From NCBI RefSeq assembly GCF_000014265.1, contig NC_008312.1, positions 2,760,001 to 2,792,000 of the forward strand: a stretch of 32,000 bases of DNA, given 5' to 3'. The notes below the pieces were generated by a model, which saw only the letters and a list, made by a program, of their open reading frames with translations, had not been told where the DNA came from and ran no database searches. Both the position numbers and the translations under genes were made by a program. Shown piece by piece: positions 1 to 9,240 of the stretch (its first letter is position 1; each line of letters starts with the position of its first letter). The DNA comes from Trichodesmium erythraeum IMS101 (GTDB lineage: Bacteria > Cyanobacteriota > Cyanobacteriia > Cyanobacteriales > Microcoleaceae).

Positions 1-169
1 GCTGAATTAGGTCTTCGTCATCTTCTCCTGTTACAGTGCGGATAGTATTTTCAAATCCTACCAAGTTATCCCACTCTCCTGGAACAATGAAGTCTAAAGC
101 ACGTAAAGCTTTAATTGTAATATTGTCACTGGGCAGTTCATCTACTAATTCAAAGATGGGCTTACTCAT
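1..169 (-). CDS. hypothetical protein, N-terminal part only (gene runs off the left edge)
   Basis: ATG at 167-169 on the minus strand, preceded by AGGAG (plus 176-180 ctcct). 56 stop-free codons reach the window edge: MSKPIFELVDELPSDNITIKALRALDFIVPGEWDNLVGFENTIRTVTGEDDEDLIQ. No family recognised. Confidence 0.45.
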   Translation of the reverse strand, partial: MSKPIFELVDELPSDNITIKALRALDFIVPGEWDNLVGFENTIRTVTGEDDEDLIQ

Positions 170-185
170 TTAAGGCTCCTTAATT

Positions 186-213
186 TCAGTTATCGTTGAT
201 CAGTTATCAGTAA
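186..213 (-). repeat. heptamer tract in the leader of the partial gene at 1..169
   Basis: The plus strand reads tcagtta tcgttga tcagtta tcagtaa. In gene sense this is TTACTGA TAACTGA TCAACGA TAACTGA, followed by AATTAAGGAGCCTTAA and the ATG. Confidence 0.75.
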
Positions 214-355
214 CTCTGGCTAACACCGGAGGTTTTAAGTCTGAAATTTCCTTTTTTTATCCTCTTGGAAGGAGAGGTTGTTGACTTTTTTTTAAGGTAA
301 AAGTTAAAAGTGAATAGAGGTAGACACTTTTTTTCGAGTGTTGGGATAGGATTTT

Positions 356-865
356 TTATTTGAGACTAGCCAGACCTCTTAGGTTAAATTTTTTTAGCCA
401 TGCTTCGCGATCATTTGCAGTAAATGAGGGGTCTTTTGATTGAGCTTTTACCTGAAAACGGTTATCTACTAATACTGCAGTAGTTTTTGTACCTTGCTCA
501 ACTGCTGGATATCCTCCTATTTTTTGGCTACTATTTTGGAATTTTTTGGCAGCAGTGGAGGAAGCAGAAATATCATTGATAGACATAACTGCTACTTCTT
601 TACCATCTTTTTTCAGACTTGCTTGAGCAAAACCTTTCTTCTCTTGAGCATAGTTTAGTTTATATCCACCACTTGATGATGGGAAGTACTTGTTTAGACT
701 ACCACCTGATACTTGTTTGGCTTTAGAAGGACGTTCTGTTTTGCTTTGTTGTTGGGCCTGGTCAAAACGACTAGGTTGTTTAGCTCCACCACAAGCAGAT
801 GTAAACAATAATAAGCAGAGCAATATTGGAGCTAGTAACTTCCGGGCATCACGGCTGAGTATCAT
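356..865 (-). CDS. putative secreted lipoprotein, function unknown
   Basis: 169-aa ORF. The N-terminus MILSRDARKLLAPILLCLLLFTSAC has a basic n-region, a hydrophobic core and a lipobox-like TSAC Cys, followed by a Gly/Ser/Gln-rich linker. No enzymatic motif seen. Confidence 0.6.
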   Translation of the reverse strand: MILSRDARKLLAPILLCLLLFTSACGGAKQPSRFDQAQQQSKTERPSKAKQVSGGSLNKYFPSSSGGYKLNYAQEKKGFAQASLKKDGKEVAVMSINDISASSTAAKKFQNSSQKIGGYPAVEQGTKTTAVLVDNRFQVKAQSKDPSFTANDREAWLKKFNLRGLASLK

Positions 866-1256
866 TTTTATTTCTCCTCAATTTTTTAGATGTCTCCTAC
901 CAATTTTTTCTTAAAATTGTGCAATTTGTGTTTACTTAATTTTTTCTGATAACTTAAGAAATTATATCTATTAACGGTATACTCAATTCAGTTAAGTAGG
1001 CCTTGCAGAATTCATTATACATACTTTCAAGCATAAAAGTATATATTCTCTGTTATTTGGAAATATATAATAGTCATTAATTTTCCCTAGCCACTTAGTC
1101 AGTTATCAGTTATGAGTATTCCTGTAATAGAGATGCAAAAAAATAGGAAATCTTTTTATTTCTTAAGAAAAATTAAACCTTTTTTTATACCAAATTTAAA
1201 AAAGATAGTTACAGTATTTGGCATCAAAACTCAGGAATAGGTAAAATCAATAAATT

Positions 1257-2255
1257 ATGGTAGGTAAAATATCTCAAGCTGATAAAAGAAAGGAAGTTAT
1301 TAGAACTCTAGAATCTGCTTATCCAATATCAACTGAAAAAGCAAATTTAGCAATTCTAGGTGTAGGTGCATGGGGTTCTGCTTTAGCAGGATTAGTAAGT
1401 CATAATCAACATAAAATATCTTTATGGTCTCGTAACTTAAATATCAGTTTAGAACAGGTAATAAAAGATGTTGATATGATAGTTTCGGCAATTTCTATGA
1501 AAGGAGTTAATGAAACTATTGAGAAAATTCAAAAGATTGGTTTACCAAAAAAAGTAATTATTATTACTGCTACAAAAGGATTAGATCCAGAAACAACTTG
1601 TACTCCTTCTCAGATTTGGGAAGCTAATTTTCCAAATAATCCTGTGGTAGTTTTATCCGGTCCTAATTTATCAAAAGAAATTGATGATAAATTACCAGCA
1701 GCAACAGTAGTTGCTAGTAAAAATATAGAAGCAGTAACGGCGGTACAAAATATTTTTGCTTCTGGTTTATTTCGAGTTTATAGTAGTTCCGATCCAATAG
1801 GTACAGAGTTAGGTGGAACTTTAAAAAATGTCATTGCTATTGCTAGTGGAGTTTGTGATGGTTTGGAACTTGGTACTAATGCTAAATCAGCTTTATTAAC
1901 TCGTGCTTTGACAGAAATTATTCGTATTGGTACTCATTTAGGCGGAAAAACTGAAACCTTTTTTGGGTTATCTGGTTTGGGAGATATGTTGGCAACTTGT
2001 AGTAGTTCTTTGAGTAGAAATTATCGGGTTGGTTATGGTTTGGCGCAGGGAAAAAATTTGGAGGAAATTTTAGAGGAATTACCTGGTACTGCTGAAGGTG
2101 TTAATACTACAAATGTTTTGATTAATATTGCGAATAGAGAGGAAATTTCTCTGCCTATTTCTAGTCAAGTTTTTTTATTGTTGAACGGTAAAATTACTCT
2201 AGAAGAAGCTGTGGAAGCTCTAATGGGAAGAGATTTAAAATCAGAGTTTTATTGA
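1257..2255 (+). CDS. gpsA: NAD(P)H-dependent glycerol-3-phosphate dehydrogenase
   Basis: 332 aa. Rossmann motif LAILGVGAWGSALAGL. GpsA-typical blocks LSGPNLSKEI, LKNVIAIASGVCDGLELGTNAKSALLTRAL and GLGDMLATCSS..SRNYRVG. Confidence 0.93.
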   Translation: MVGKISQADKRKEVIRTLESAYPISTEKANLAILGVGAWGSALAGLVSHNQHKISLWSRNLNISLEQVIKDVDMIVSAISMKGVNETIEKIQKIGLPKKVIIITATKGLDPETTCTPSQIWEANFPNNPVVVLSGPNLSKEIDDKLPAATVVASKNIEAVTAVQNIFASGLFRVYSSSDPIGTELGGTLKNVIAIASGVCDGLELGTNAKSALLTRALTEIIRIGTHLGGKTETFFGLSGLGDMLATCSSSLSRNYRVGYGLAQGKNLEEILEELPGTAEGVNTTNVLINIANREEISLPISSQVFLLLNGKITLEEAVEALMGRDLKSEFY

Positions 2256-2325
2256 TTTTTAGATTACTCTTGAAAAAAAAGCCCAAACTATTGCAGATTA
2301 GTAATTAGTTTTTAGTTTTAATTGT

Positions 2326-2353
2326 TTGATTAAACAAATATTTGTGATATAAA
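2326..2353 (+). promoter_or_regulatory. sigma70-like promoter inside repeat unit 1 (equivalents at 2589, 2852 and 3115)
   Basis: TTGATT (2326-2331), a 16-nt spacer, then TGaTATAAA as an extended -10 (TG 2345-2346, TATAAA 2348-2353). Units 2 and 4 carry TAGAAA instead of TATAAA. Sequence pattern only, no expression data. Confidence 0.35.
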
Positions 2354-2360
2354 GTAGGAA

Positions 2361-2408
2361 AAATTTCTCACATCCTAATTATCTTTGTGGGAAAATTTAG
2401 TTTTTTTT
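2361..2408 (+). terminator. hairpin plus T8 intrinsic-terminator-like element inside each repeat unit
   Basis: AAATTTCTCACA (2361-2372) pairs with TGTGGGAAAATTT (2386-2398). That gives 12 bp with one bulged A and one G-U pair, and a 13-nt loop. It is followed by ag plus TTTTTTTT (2401-2408). It starts about 8 nt after the predicted -10 box. The same element occurs in all four units. Confidence 0.4.
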
Positions 2409-3740
2409 CCTGATGCTGAATTTTTTTCAGGACTTGTCTAAAGCCCGAACAAAGTGAAACTTAACCCTAAGATTAAAAAAGAGTAAAAAAGAGTAAAAAT
2501 TAGCAAGCCATTGACAGTAAGAATTGAGAGTAAGACAGGAAAAATTTCAAGTATTGCAGATGAGTAATTGGTTTTTAGTTTTAATTGTTTGATTAAACAA
2601 ATATTTGTGATAGAAAGTAGGAAAAATTTCTCACATCCTAATTATCTTTGTGGGAAAATTTAGTTTTTTTTCCTGATGCTGAATTTTTTTCAGGACTTGT
2701 CTAAAGCCCGAACAAAGTGAAACTTAACCCTAAGATTAAAAAAGAGTAAAAAAGAGTAAAAATTAGCAAGCCATTGATAGTAAGAATTGAGAGTAAGACA
2801 GGAAAAATTTCAAGTATTGCAGATGAGTAATTGGTTTTTAGTTTTAATTGTTTGATTAAACAAATATTTGTGATATAAAGTAGGAAAAATTTCTCACATC
2901 CTAATTATCTTTGTGGGAAAATTTAGTTTTTTTTCCTGATGCTGAATTTTTTTCAGGACTTGTCTAAAGCCCGAACAAAGTGAAACTTAACCCTAAGATT
3001 AAAAAAGAGTAAAAAAGAGTAAAAATTAGCAAGCCATTGACAGTAAGAATTGAGAGTAAGACAGGAAAAATTTCAAGTATTGCAGATGAGTAATTGGTTT
3101 TTAGTTTTAATTGTTTGATTAAACAAATATTTGTGATAGAAAGTAGGAAAAATTTCTCACATCCTAATTATCTTTGTGGGAAAATTTAGTTTTTTTTCCT
3201 GATGCTGAATTTTTTTCAGGACTTGTCTAAAGCCCGAACAAAGTGAAACTTAACCCTAAGATTAAAAAAGAGTAAAAAAGAGTAAAAATTAGCAGGCCAT
3301 TGACAGTAAGAATTGAGAGTAAGACAGGAAAAATTTGTGGTCGCTGGGGATATCTAATGTCAATAGTACTAGGGTTATACGAAGTGGCGATCGCTTCAAC
3401 CGACTCAGTACTTGCTTTCAACGGCTCCAAGACATCAATGTGTTGTAAAGCCTTACTATTTCAGCTTCGTGGTATATATAATTATCATAGCTTTCCTTAA
3501 CAAAAATAGTTGGAGCACTTACCGAGTAGTCTTGTCTTTACGTTAATTACTTTTCTCATAAAATAGAGGTATCGGCTTTACGCTACTGTGAAAAATCAGA
3601 AGTTTATATGTATAATTAATCTGAAATATCAAATAAATATGATTAAAAATTTAGGTCAATAGCTTCTCCTTTTAAGGTTTGGGAAAAAAAATGTTCACCA
3701 TACCTATTCTAAGCCTTTGGCTTCAGTAGGAGATAATAAA

Positions 3741-3775
3741 AACTAATAATTAATAACTGATAACTAATAATTAAA
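3741..3775 (+). repeat. five tandem heptamers abutting the tatC start codon
   Basis: AACTAAT AATTAAT AACTGAT AACTAAT AATTAAA, followed immediately by the tatC ATG at 3776. Confidence 0.8.
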
Positions 3776-4633
3776 ATGACACTTCCAGAGGACTTAAATA
3801 AGAATAGTTTAGCACCTACACCTACAGGTCTAAAAAATCCAGAAATTAGCTCTGATAAAGTGGAGGATATTACTTCCCCAGACTTAGAAGATCCCCGGAA
3901 TTCGGAAGCAGATGATAATCTTGACAAAGTTCCTGATGAAGTTGAAATGTCGATATTTGAGCATCTCGAAGAGTTACGAATGCGGATATTCTCTTCTTTA
4001 ATAGGAGCAATAGTAGGTATCTTATGTTGTTTCATTTTTGTTAAACCCATTGTCAAATTTCTAGAAGTTCCAGCTCAAGGAGTGAAATTTATCCAACTCG
4101 CTCCAGGAGAATACTTTTTTGTCACTATTAAAGTTGCTGCTTATGGGGGTCTTCTCTTAGCAAGTCCCTTTATACTTTATCAAATAATTAAATTTGTTCT
4201 CCCTGGTTTAACGACTAGAGAAAGAAGATTTCTCGGACCAATTTTCTTAGGTTCTACAGTCTTATTTGGACTGGGGTTAGTATTTGCTTATTTTGCAATT
4301 GTACCAGCAGCTTTAAAGTTTTTTATTGGTTATGGTTTAGAAGCGGTAGAGCAAGCATGGTCAATTGAAAAATACTTTGAATTTGTATTACTATTAATGT
4401 TTAGTACGGCATTAGCATTTCAAGTTCCAATTCTACAATTATTATTAGGTATTGTGGGAATAGTTAATTCTCAACAAATGTTATCCAGTTGGAAATATGT
4501 ATTGTTAGGATCTGTAGTTTTAGGAGCTGTTTTAACTCCTTCTACTGACCCTTTGACTCAAAGTCTATTAGGTGGAGCTGTAGTTGCTCTTTATCTTGCA
4601 GGTACTTTTGTTGTTAAGTTAATTGGCAAATAA
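3776..4633 (+). CDS. tatC: twin-arginine translocase subunit TatC
   Basis: 285 aa. TatC signature [23 protein letters not shown], followed by six predicted hydrophobic segments and [10 protein letters not shown] near the C-terminus. About 58 aa of acidic N-terminal extension precede it. The internal Met in [10 protein letters not shown] is an alternative start. Confidence 0.92.
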   Translation: MTLPEDLNKNSLAPTPTGLKNPEISSDKVEDITSPDLEDPRNSEADDNLDKVPDEVEMSIFEHLEELRMRIFSSLIGAIVGILCCFIFVKPIVKFLEVPAQGVKFIQLAPGEYFFVTIKVAAYGGLLLASPFILYQIIKFVLPGLTTRERRFLGPIFLGSTVLFGLGLVFAYFAIVPAALKFFIGYGLEAVEQAWSIEKYFEFVLLLMFSTALAFQVPILQLLLGIVGIVNSQQMLSSWKYVLLGSVVLGAVLTPSTDPLTQSLLGGAVVALYLAGTFVVKLIGK

Positions 4634-5338
4634 AAAATACTGCTAATACTTTAGTAAAAGCAGTAAAAGTTGATAGTTTTTGCTCTATAAGTTCTCAGAC
4701 AATACACAAAATTAACTTAAATATTGTCATGCTTAATCATTTATAATTACAGCCTTATATTAAATTAGGTTATGCCAATGATTTAGCGATAAGTATTGTT
4801 ATATTATTCATTTTTTGAGCTATTTTAAGATTTTAAACTAATCTTTTGGCTCAAATTTATGATATGAAATAGTAGTTAGTCTTGCTCTAGAAAGGGTAGT
4901 TTTGCTATAAAGTTAATTAGGGGATAAAGAATGTTTAGTCTATTGAATAAGTAGTTCATTTGTTAGTTAAAAAAATCTTAGAAAAATGTCTAGAAAAACC
5001 GAAAAAAAATTAATCAAACAGTACCTTTATTTAAGCCTTGATATTATCTATTTGGGAAAGATATATTGTGAGGATAATTATGGAGAATAAGTAGTTAAAA
5101 TTAACCTGTAAAAATATTTATGAACTCAACGGTTGAAAAACTTAAAATAACAGAAAGACTCTAGAGCACGAGCGATGAAAAATTAGATTACAATATAGAG
5201 GGTAAATTTGGGTAAGGAAAAAAAAGACTTAGTTTTGAGAAAGTAATGACTATGCTTACTGAAACTTCCTATGACTGCGATAGAAAGACCTGACCCAGTG
5301 CGATTATAATCACTTTTTTTAGTAATTAATCTTTTTAC

Positions 5339-5370
5339 CCTCTTAAAAGAGGCTTTTTCTCTTTTTTTTT
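5339..5370 (+). terminator. orphan intrinsic-terminator-like hairpin
   Basis: CCTCT taaa AGAGG (5339-5352) followed by cTTTTTcTcTTTTTTTTT (5353-5370). There is no annotated plus-strand gene within 700 nt upstream. Confidence 0.3.
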
Positions 5371-5563
5371 ACTTTTTTGCAGTTTTTTTAATCATTTAAA
5401 TTTACAGTTGAATGAATGACAATAATAAAAAAATTATCATAACTTTTCTTTGAATAAAGAAATCAATTATTGTCAGATTTATTCAGGAAATCCTAGTTAT
5501 ATTTGAATAATAATTAAGACAACTAGAGATAAACATTACTATATCAATTTTTTAGTCTGCTTT

Positions 5564-6694
5564 TCAGCCCTTGAGGTTATTAAGTTCTTCTTTTATCCAA
5601 TCTTGATTAAATATCCTTTTATAGATCTTATTAAATACTTCTAAGCGCCCATCTTTTTTCACAACTAATCCTGACAATGTCAATTTTTGGTAAACATAAT
5701 CATCTTTTGACTCAATACTGCCTTCATTTAATATCCTTTCATATAAATTTAATAAAAGGTGTACTTGCTGTTCTTCTCTCAGACGGTTTCTAATAGTTCT
5801 TAAATGTTCAGGATCGTCTTTTTCTTCACTTAATCCATTTTCAATTATTTTTTCTTGTACTAAATTATCAAGTTTTATTTTTTCTCTTTTTTCTAGAGAA
5901 AAATTCAAACCAGATTTTGCCACTAACTCACATACTTTTTGTGTTAAAAAAGGCTGTCCACTAGTCCAATCAAGAATCCATTGTATAACTAACTCTGGTT
6001 CAAAAGCAACATTTTTTAATCCTGCTGCTAAATTAGAACATTCATGACTTTTAAAACCTTCTAATTTAATAGTTTTACACTGAATACTAAAAAGACTATT
6101 ACCATAATTTTTAATTAAATCAGATGGTGTAGCAACTCCTAATAAACAAAAAGTAAGCCTTCTGTCTTCTTGTCTATTAGAATAAATTTTGTATTCAGAA
6201 TAGCCTCGAATTAAGTCAAAAAAGTTATCTCTCCAAGTGAACTTAAACAACTCATCAATTTCATCAACAAAAATTATAATTTTTATTCTTTTATTAGATG
6301 ACAAAACTTTTTTGAAAAATTCTGTTAAATCATTACATCCAATTTCTCTGTTTTGAGCAATAGCTATATAATTTCTAATATCAAGAGTTTTGTCTATGTT
6401 AGTCTCTAAACATTTATGACCTATCTTTCTCATAAGAGCTTTATAAAAATTTGATTCATCTTTAGGTTGCTCTTGAAGACTATAGTCAATACATAAAATA
6501 TCTTTGTTTTCTTTCAATTTTTCTTTAATATTAACTATTAGAGAACTTTTTCCCATTTGTCTAGAGTTAAATACATAAGAAAATCGACCATTTTTTAATG
6601 ATTTTAGTAAATCTTCATCAGCTTTTCTAGATATATAAACCTCTCGCTTGTTAAAAGGAATAGTTCCACCAATGTGATAGAAATTTTCTGTCAT
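5564..6694 (-). CDS. AAA-like domain ATPase (Pfam AAA_35-type, STAND-like), stand-alone
   Basis: 376 aa. The family-typical N-terminus is YHIGGTIPFNKREVYISRKADEDLLKSLKNGRFSYVFNSRQMGKSSL (Walker A GKS). Walker B is IIIFVDEIDEL. Other blocks are LLGVATPSDL and SGQPFLTQK, and the C-terminal block is LTLSGLVVKKDGRLEVFNKIYKRIFNQDWI. Confidence 0.8.
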   Translation of the reverse strand: MTENFYHIGGTIPFNKREVYISRKADEDLLKSLKNGRFSYVFNSRQMGKSSLIVNIKEKLKENKDILCIDYSLQEQPKDESNFYKALMRKIGHKCLETNIDKTLDIRNYIAIAQNREIGCNDLTEFFKKVLSSNKRIKIIIFVDEIDELFKFTWRDNFFDLIRGYSEYKIYSNRQEDRRLTFCLLGVATPSDLIKNYGNSLFSIQCKTIKLEGFKSHECSNLAAGLKNVAFEPELVIQWILDWTSGQPFLTQKVCELVAKSGLNFSLEKREKIKLDNLVQEKIIENGLSEEKDDPEHLRTIRNRLREEQQVHLLLNLYERILNEGSIESKDDYVYQKLTLSGLVVKKDGRLEVFNKIYKRIFNQDWIKEELNNLKG

Positions 6695-7704
6695 TATTTA
6701 TGTTCGGCTTAGTTGGAATTTAAAAGCTAGAGAAAAATAGTCAAGGTAATTTTTGAGTAGTTAAACTCTAAGTTTAATGTGATTATGTTTATGTTTATTA
6801 GTGATGTGTGTCACTGAATATTAAACCCAGTTGTGAAAATCAAAACCAAGTTCGTTTAGGTAAAAAGCAGCAGGCAATAGACAACAGTATTTTATAGCAG
6901 TTTTCATGCTAGGTAGAATATGTAGGGAAAAAGCTTCAACCCCCAGGTGATGACCACAAACATACCACAAGAATTTTTTTGAAAAGAATAAGGTCAATTA
7001 TAGCTTCTATTATTATTAATAATTGTCAATAGTTGATCTAATAGAACTATTTGTAGTGGGAAAATTTAAAATGTTCAAAATTTTACTCTGTAAGGCTTTC
7101 CAGATTTTAATCCTTAAAAGTACTATAAACTTTAACTGATAATAATTTTAGATATTTTTATGGCTTAATTCCCAACAACTTTAATCAATATTTTTACTGA
7201 TAATTTCCATAATTCTTATTAGGGAAAAGTTTAAATGGTTAGTCTAAGATACTGACCAAATTTGGGTTAAACCGTTTGGCTTTGGCGAAGCAAGTTCGGC
7301 AGCTATATTGCTTCTTGCCATTATCAGCCATAGTCTTTAACTAGAGCTACTTATTCAACTTCATAAGTTATGGTTAATAGCTAGATAATATGCCACTAAG
7401 AATATTCCATAACATCCCGAATGACTTGATCAAGCTTTTCATTCCTTCTGATGAAATATACTCGTTTTAACTCAAAACTTTTCCCGTTTATTTGATGCCT
7501 GCTCATTTCTAGTTACATATAGCAAAGTGCGCTGGTGTATTTACAATTTTTGTTATAAGAATTGACTTTAGAAGCTTTGGACCATAAATATGCCAGAGCT
7601 CACTGCTATACATATATATAACTTAATCCTATTTTATCCTAGAAACTGGTGGCGTAGGTGGTTTAAGTCCTAACTATTTTTGTCTTTTTTTGTAACAAAG
7701 CCCT

Positions 7705-9240
7705 CTATTGCAAAATACTAACAAAATAATCACGATATAAACGACAACGAGGTTTAACCTTGTTATTATTCTGAATAATTAAACCTGCATTCTGTAAATG
7801 AAAATTTGACATTGGCGAATCTAACTTAACATAATCTTGACTATTAACTATTTTTCTTAAGTCATCTGTTAATTTAGCATCATTAACAATGTTGTAAAGT
7901 TGCATCAAATAATCTTTATAAATGCTCTCATTTGTAGTTGCTTTTGCTAAGATATTATCTAAAGATTTTCCTTCAATTGCGACATGATACAAAGTTAGTC
8001 TTACTAAATATGGATGTCCTCCGATAAAAGACATTAACTTTTCAAGTTGTTTAACTCCCCAGTCTAATTGATGCTTATCTGATAATTCCTTAATTTCTTG
8101 ATAACTAAAATCACCTAAATTCCAACCTTCTCCTAAATTAAATAAAGGAGAGCTATTAATATTTGACTTGGGATAATTAGATGTTGAATAAATTAAAATT
8201 AATACCAAATTTATCCACTTATGATCATTTTTGGCTTTGTTATCATGCCAACATCGTAACATGCTCGCAAATTCATTAAAATTGGAATATTCAAATATTT
8301 TATGGAAATTATCAAAGCTCAAAAAAATAGGCTGATTAATCTCAGACAATATGTGTTTTTCAACAAAGAACGTACAATCATAAACACTTTCTATGGCTTT
8401 TCCCCATTCTTTAAGTATCTCTTCTGCATTCAAACCTAACTGTTGACAAAGTTCACGACAAAACCAATCATAAGTTTCAAATTTTTCTTTTTGGAAAGAA
8501 CTAAAATGTTCTGCTAAATCAATATCAACTACTTTAGCCTTATTATTTGTAACTAATTTATTATTTAATAGCCTATTCTTGAAAGATGTTTTACCCCTCA
8601 AATGAGGACCTTTAATCCGAATTAATATAGCTTCCTTTCCTGCATTTTCAATCTTACTCAAACATTGATTTTCTAAATAACAATTTTGGTTATAATATCG
8701 ATATTGATAGTAGGGAGAATAAGTTGGAATAGAACCTCCTGGGTAGGGAATACGCCCTAATAATTCAAACCTGGCTCTAGCTGCAGAAGAAATCCTATAT
8801 TGCTTATATTCAACGAAATATTTCATGACAATGAATAAATCTTCTTCTATATTTCTTGTGCTTTTAACCCTAAATTTATCACATATAGCTCGTAAATGCT
8901 TACTAAGTAAAGCTTTGCTTTTACCAGATGAAGATTTTCGGAAATAATATAAATCTTCCACCTCTAATTTGAGTTTTTTGAGCTTTTTAATTTGATTATC
9001 ATTTTTGTCTTTTTGAGCTTTTATTTTATCAATTTTTATATTGATCTGTTCGACTATATCTTTAGGGTTATTATACTTATATACATTGAGATATTCATAT
9101 ACATTTAAATTGAACCAAACTGTTTCATCTGTTCTGATCTCCTCATTTGTTTTACCATCTAATATTCTATTTAAAATTCTTTTGAGAATAGGAGTTAACT
9201 CTTCCTGTTCAATGCGTTCAAACTGGTCCCTGCTTAACAT
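7705..9240 (-). CDS. AAA-like domain ATPase (AAA_35-type) with about 170-aa N-terminal extension, possibly HTH
   Basis: 511 aa. The core is RIPYPGGSIPTYSPYYQYR...IRIKGPHLRGKTSF, which gives Walker A GxxxxGKT. The Walker-B-like block is IFLSFDNF. Other blocks are GGHPYLVRLTLYH and the C-terminal LQNAGLIIQNNNKVKPRCRLYRDYF. It is a paralogue of 5564..6694. The N-terminal pieces LTPILKRILNRILDGKTNEEI and KALLSKHLRAICDKFRV resemble the two halves of a LuxR-type HTH, separated by a Lys-rich coiled-coil-like insert. Confidence 0.7.
   Translation of the reverse strand: MLSRDQFERIEQEELTPILKRILNRILDGKTNEEIRTDETVWFNLNVYEYLNVYKYNNPKDIVEQINIKIDKIKAQKDKNDNQIKKLKKLKLEVEDLYYFRKSSSGKSKALLSKHLRAICDKFRVKSTRNIEEDLFIVMKYFVEYKQYRISSAARARFELLGRIPYPGGSIPTYSPYYQYRYYNQNCYLENQCLSKIENAGKEAILIRIKGPHLRGKTSFKNRLLNNKLVTNNKAKVVDIDLAEHFSSFQKEKFETYDWFCRELCQQLGLNAEEILKEWGKAIESVYDCTFFVEKHILSEINQPIFLSFDNFHKIFEYSNFNEFASMLRCWHDNKAKNDHKWINLVLILIYSTSNYPKSNINSSPLFNLGEGWNLGDFSYQEIKELSDKHQLDWGVKQLEKLMSFIGGHPYLVRLTLYHVAIEGKSLDNILAKATTNESIYKDYLMQLYNIVNDAKLTDDLRKIVNSQDYVKLDSPMSNFHLQNAGLIIQNNNKVKPRCRLYRDYFVSILQ

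Larger units (their letters stand above)
2289..3336 (+). repeat. tandem array, 263-bp unit x 3.98 copies, nearly identical
   Basis: The landmark ttgcaga recurs at 2291, 2554, 2817 and 3080, a period of 263. Homology starts at 2289 and ends at 3336, where ggaaaaattt is followed by unique gtggtcgc. Only a handful of substitutions separate the copies. Confidence 0.95.

Noticed and set aside
230-300. Hairpin CCTCT-tggaagg-AGAGG followed by a T-run as a terminator
   Set aside because: It faces the plus direction, but both neighbouring genes are on the minus strand, and no plus-strand transcript is evident to terminate.
690-914. Antisense or overlapping track ORFs inside confident genes: 690..914, 3709..4056, 9041..9274, 18806..18997, 19727..20008, 19901..20116, 24317..24550, 24340..24543, 26475..26669, 28639..28821 and 28670..28948
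   Set aside because: Each lies within or largely overlaps a gene with clear family motifs on the other strand or in another frame. None has motifs of its own.
2289-3336. Possibility that the tandem array is a CRISPR locus
   Set aside because: The units are contiguous 263-bp near-identical copies with no short repeat and unique spacer alternation, and there are no cas genes in the window.
3227-3500. Track ORFs 3227..3430 (-) and 3300..3500 (+) at the edge of the 263-bp array
   Set aside because: They overlap each other on opposite strands and run through low-complexity repeat sequence (LLIFTLFYSFLILGL...). They have no SD or family resemblance. They are best explained as by-products of the repeat.
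7255-7500. Short minus-strand ORFs (MADNGKKQYSCRTCFAKAKRFNPN.. and MSRHQINGKSFELKRVYFIRRNEKLDQVIRDVMEYS) as possible transposase zinc-finger or IS remnants
   Set aside because: They are only about 30 aa each, and the resemblance to IS1/ISXO2-type zinc ribbons is vague. No inverted repeats or further fragments were recognised.
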